The translations under genes were made by a program, and so were the position numbers. From NCBI GenBank assembly GCA_000182565.2, contig KQ257463.1: DNA of 64,000 nucleotides, one strand, 5' to 3'. Of the stretch, positions 63,147 through 64,000 are shown piece by piece (the first letter of the stretch is position 1; the number at the start of each line of letters is the position of its first letter). Below the pieces are notes generated by a model, which saw only the letters and a program-made list of their open reading frames with translations, was not told where the DNA came from and ran no database searches. This DNA is from Spizellomyces punctatus DAOM BR117 (lineage: Eukaryota).

Positions 63147-63678
63147 TCATGACAGCATAAGCCGCATCTCCTCTGGTGAAAATAGGCTCTTCATCTTTTC
63201 TGGAGCAGTCAGGTCCTCCTCCAGCCGCATATGGGGGAAGACCAAATCCCGCAGCTCCTTTAAAAGCTTTGTAAACCCCTCAACATCAAAAGTCTCTTCT
63301 TCCTGACACCTTTCTCCTTTCCTTTTTTCCTCTTCGCAAGTCTGCTCAATCTTCTCCATAATTTTTTCGAGTTGCTTATGGTCTTTGGCAAAGCCGCTTA
63401 CGTCCATCTTCCGTGCCAGGAAGGGAAAAATGCGGCGGTCTTCTATTGTGTGATGCGTATGTAGATAGGAGAGATACTGAGCCGTGGAGCGAAGCAGAGG
63501 TTTTGGAGATTTCCGTTTCAGAGATTCAGCTTCCTGTAAGATGGTTGGGTTGAGTTAACAAGAGTAATCAGCCATTTGGTGATATCTATCAACGTGCTTG
63601 AATAAGTCGGCATAGGTCTCTTCTAAAATGGTCGTGGAATGATTTCAAGGTGGCGGACCAATTGGTATAGGGATCCAT
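63147..63678 (-). CDS. Hemerythrin-like (HHE cation-binding) protein, 2 exons
   Basis: FHDHFRRD, LHTHHTIEDRRIFPFLA, DHKQL, PHMRLEE. Confidence 0.88.
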
Positions 63679-64000
63679 TGCGTCGTGTGTCCTGGTGATT
63701 CGCGTTGGAAATGTGTTCAGCAATTTGTGGGAATTGGCCTACACGTTATGGCTTTGGTTGTTTTCAAATAGCGCGCAACCAGCGTTGTTGGTCCTTCTGT
63801 GACCCTCAAAACAAATTGGGTTCCGATCACACCACCATGAAATAGTCCGAATCCTACCCAGAAAGCACATAAGGGGAACCATCTAAAACCGTTTCTTTAA
63901 TGAAATGAAGTCTGCCACTCCATATGAGCTCCAGGATCGCTCCAACGAGGACGAACGGTCTTGCAGCTCCATCCGATGAGGATGATGCGACCAGAATTGG

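Overview
Compact, intron-rich eukaryotic DNA with short GT-AG introns of about 50-120 nt. The gene set (UGO1, GID4, NOP9, UTP13, CCT1, a hybrid histidine kinase, a CE4 deacetylase, and the cilium-associated ARL2BP/BART) suggests a flagellated early-diverging fungus such as a chytrid; this is inference. There are about 25 protein-coding loci, four tRNA genes (two identical Gly-GCC, His-GTG, Thr-AGT) and a 459-N assembly gap inside NOP9. The housekeeping backbone is interrupted by three accessory-looking patches, each next to a tRNA gene. (i) About 9.9-14.2 kb: a coiled-coil plus restriction-endonuclease-fold-like gene, then a non-coding array of nine 33-bp conserved cores separated by 20-25-bp variable spacers. 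(ii) About 20.3-22.0 kb: a decayed membrane/RING-finger gene. (iii) About 47.6-50.8 kb: an intronless secreted polysaccharide deacetylase with a triplicated 3' end, plus a broken PAS-HisKA fragment. All family calls come from reading motifs by eye. No database search was run, and exon boundaries are manual.
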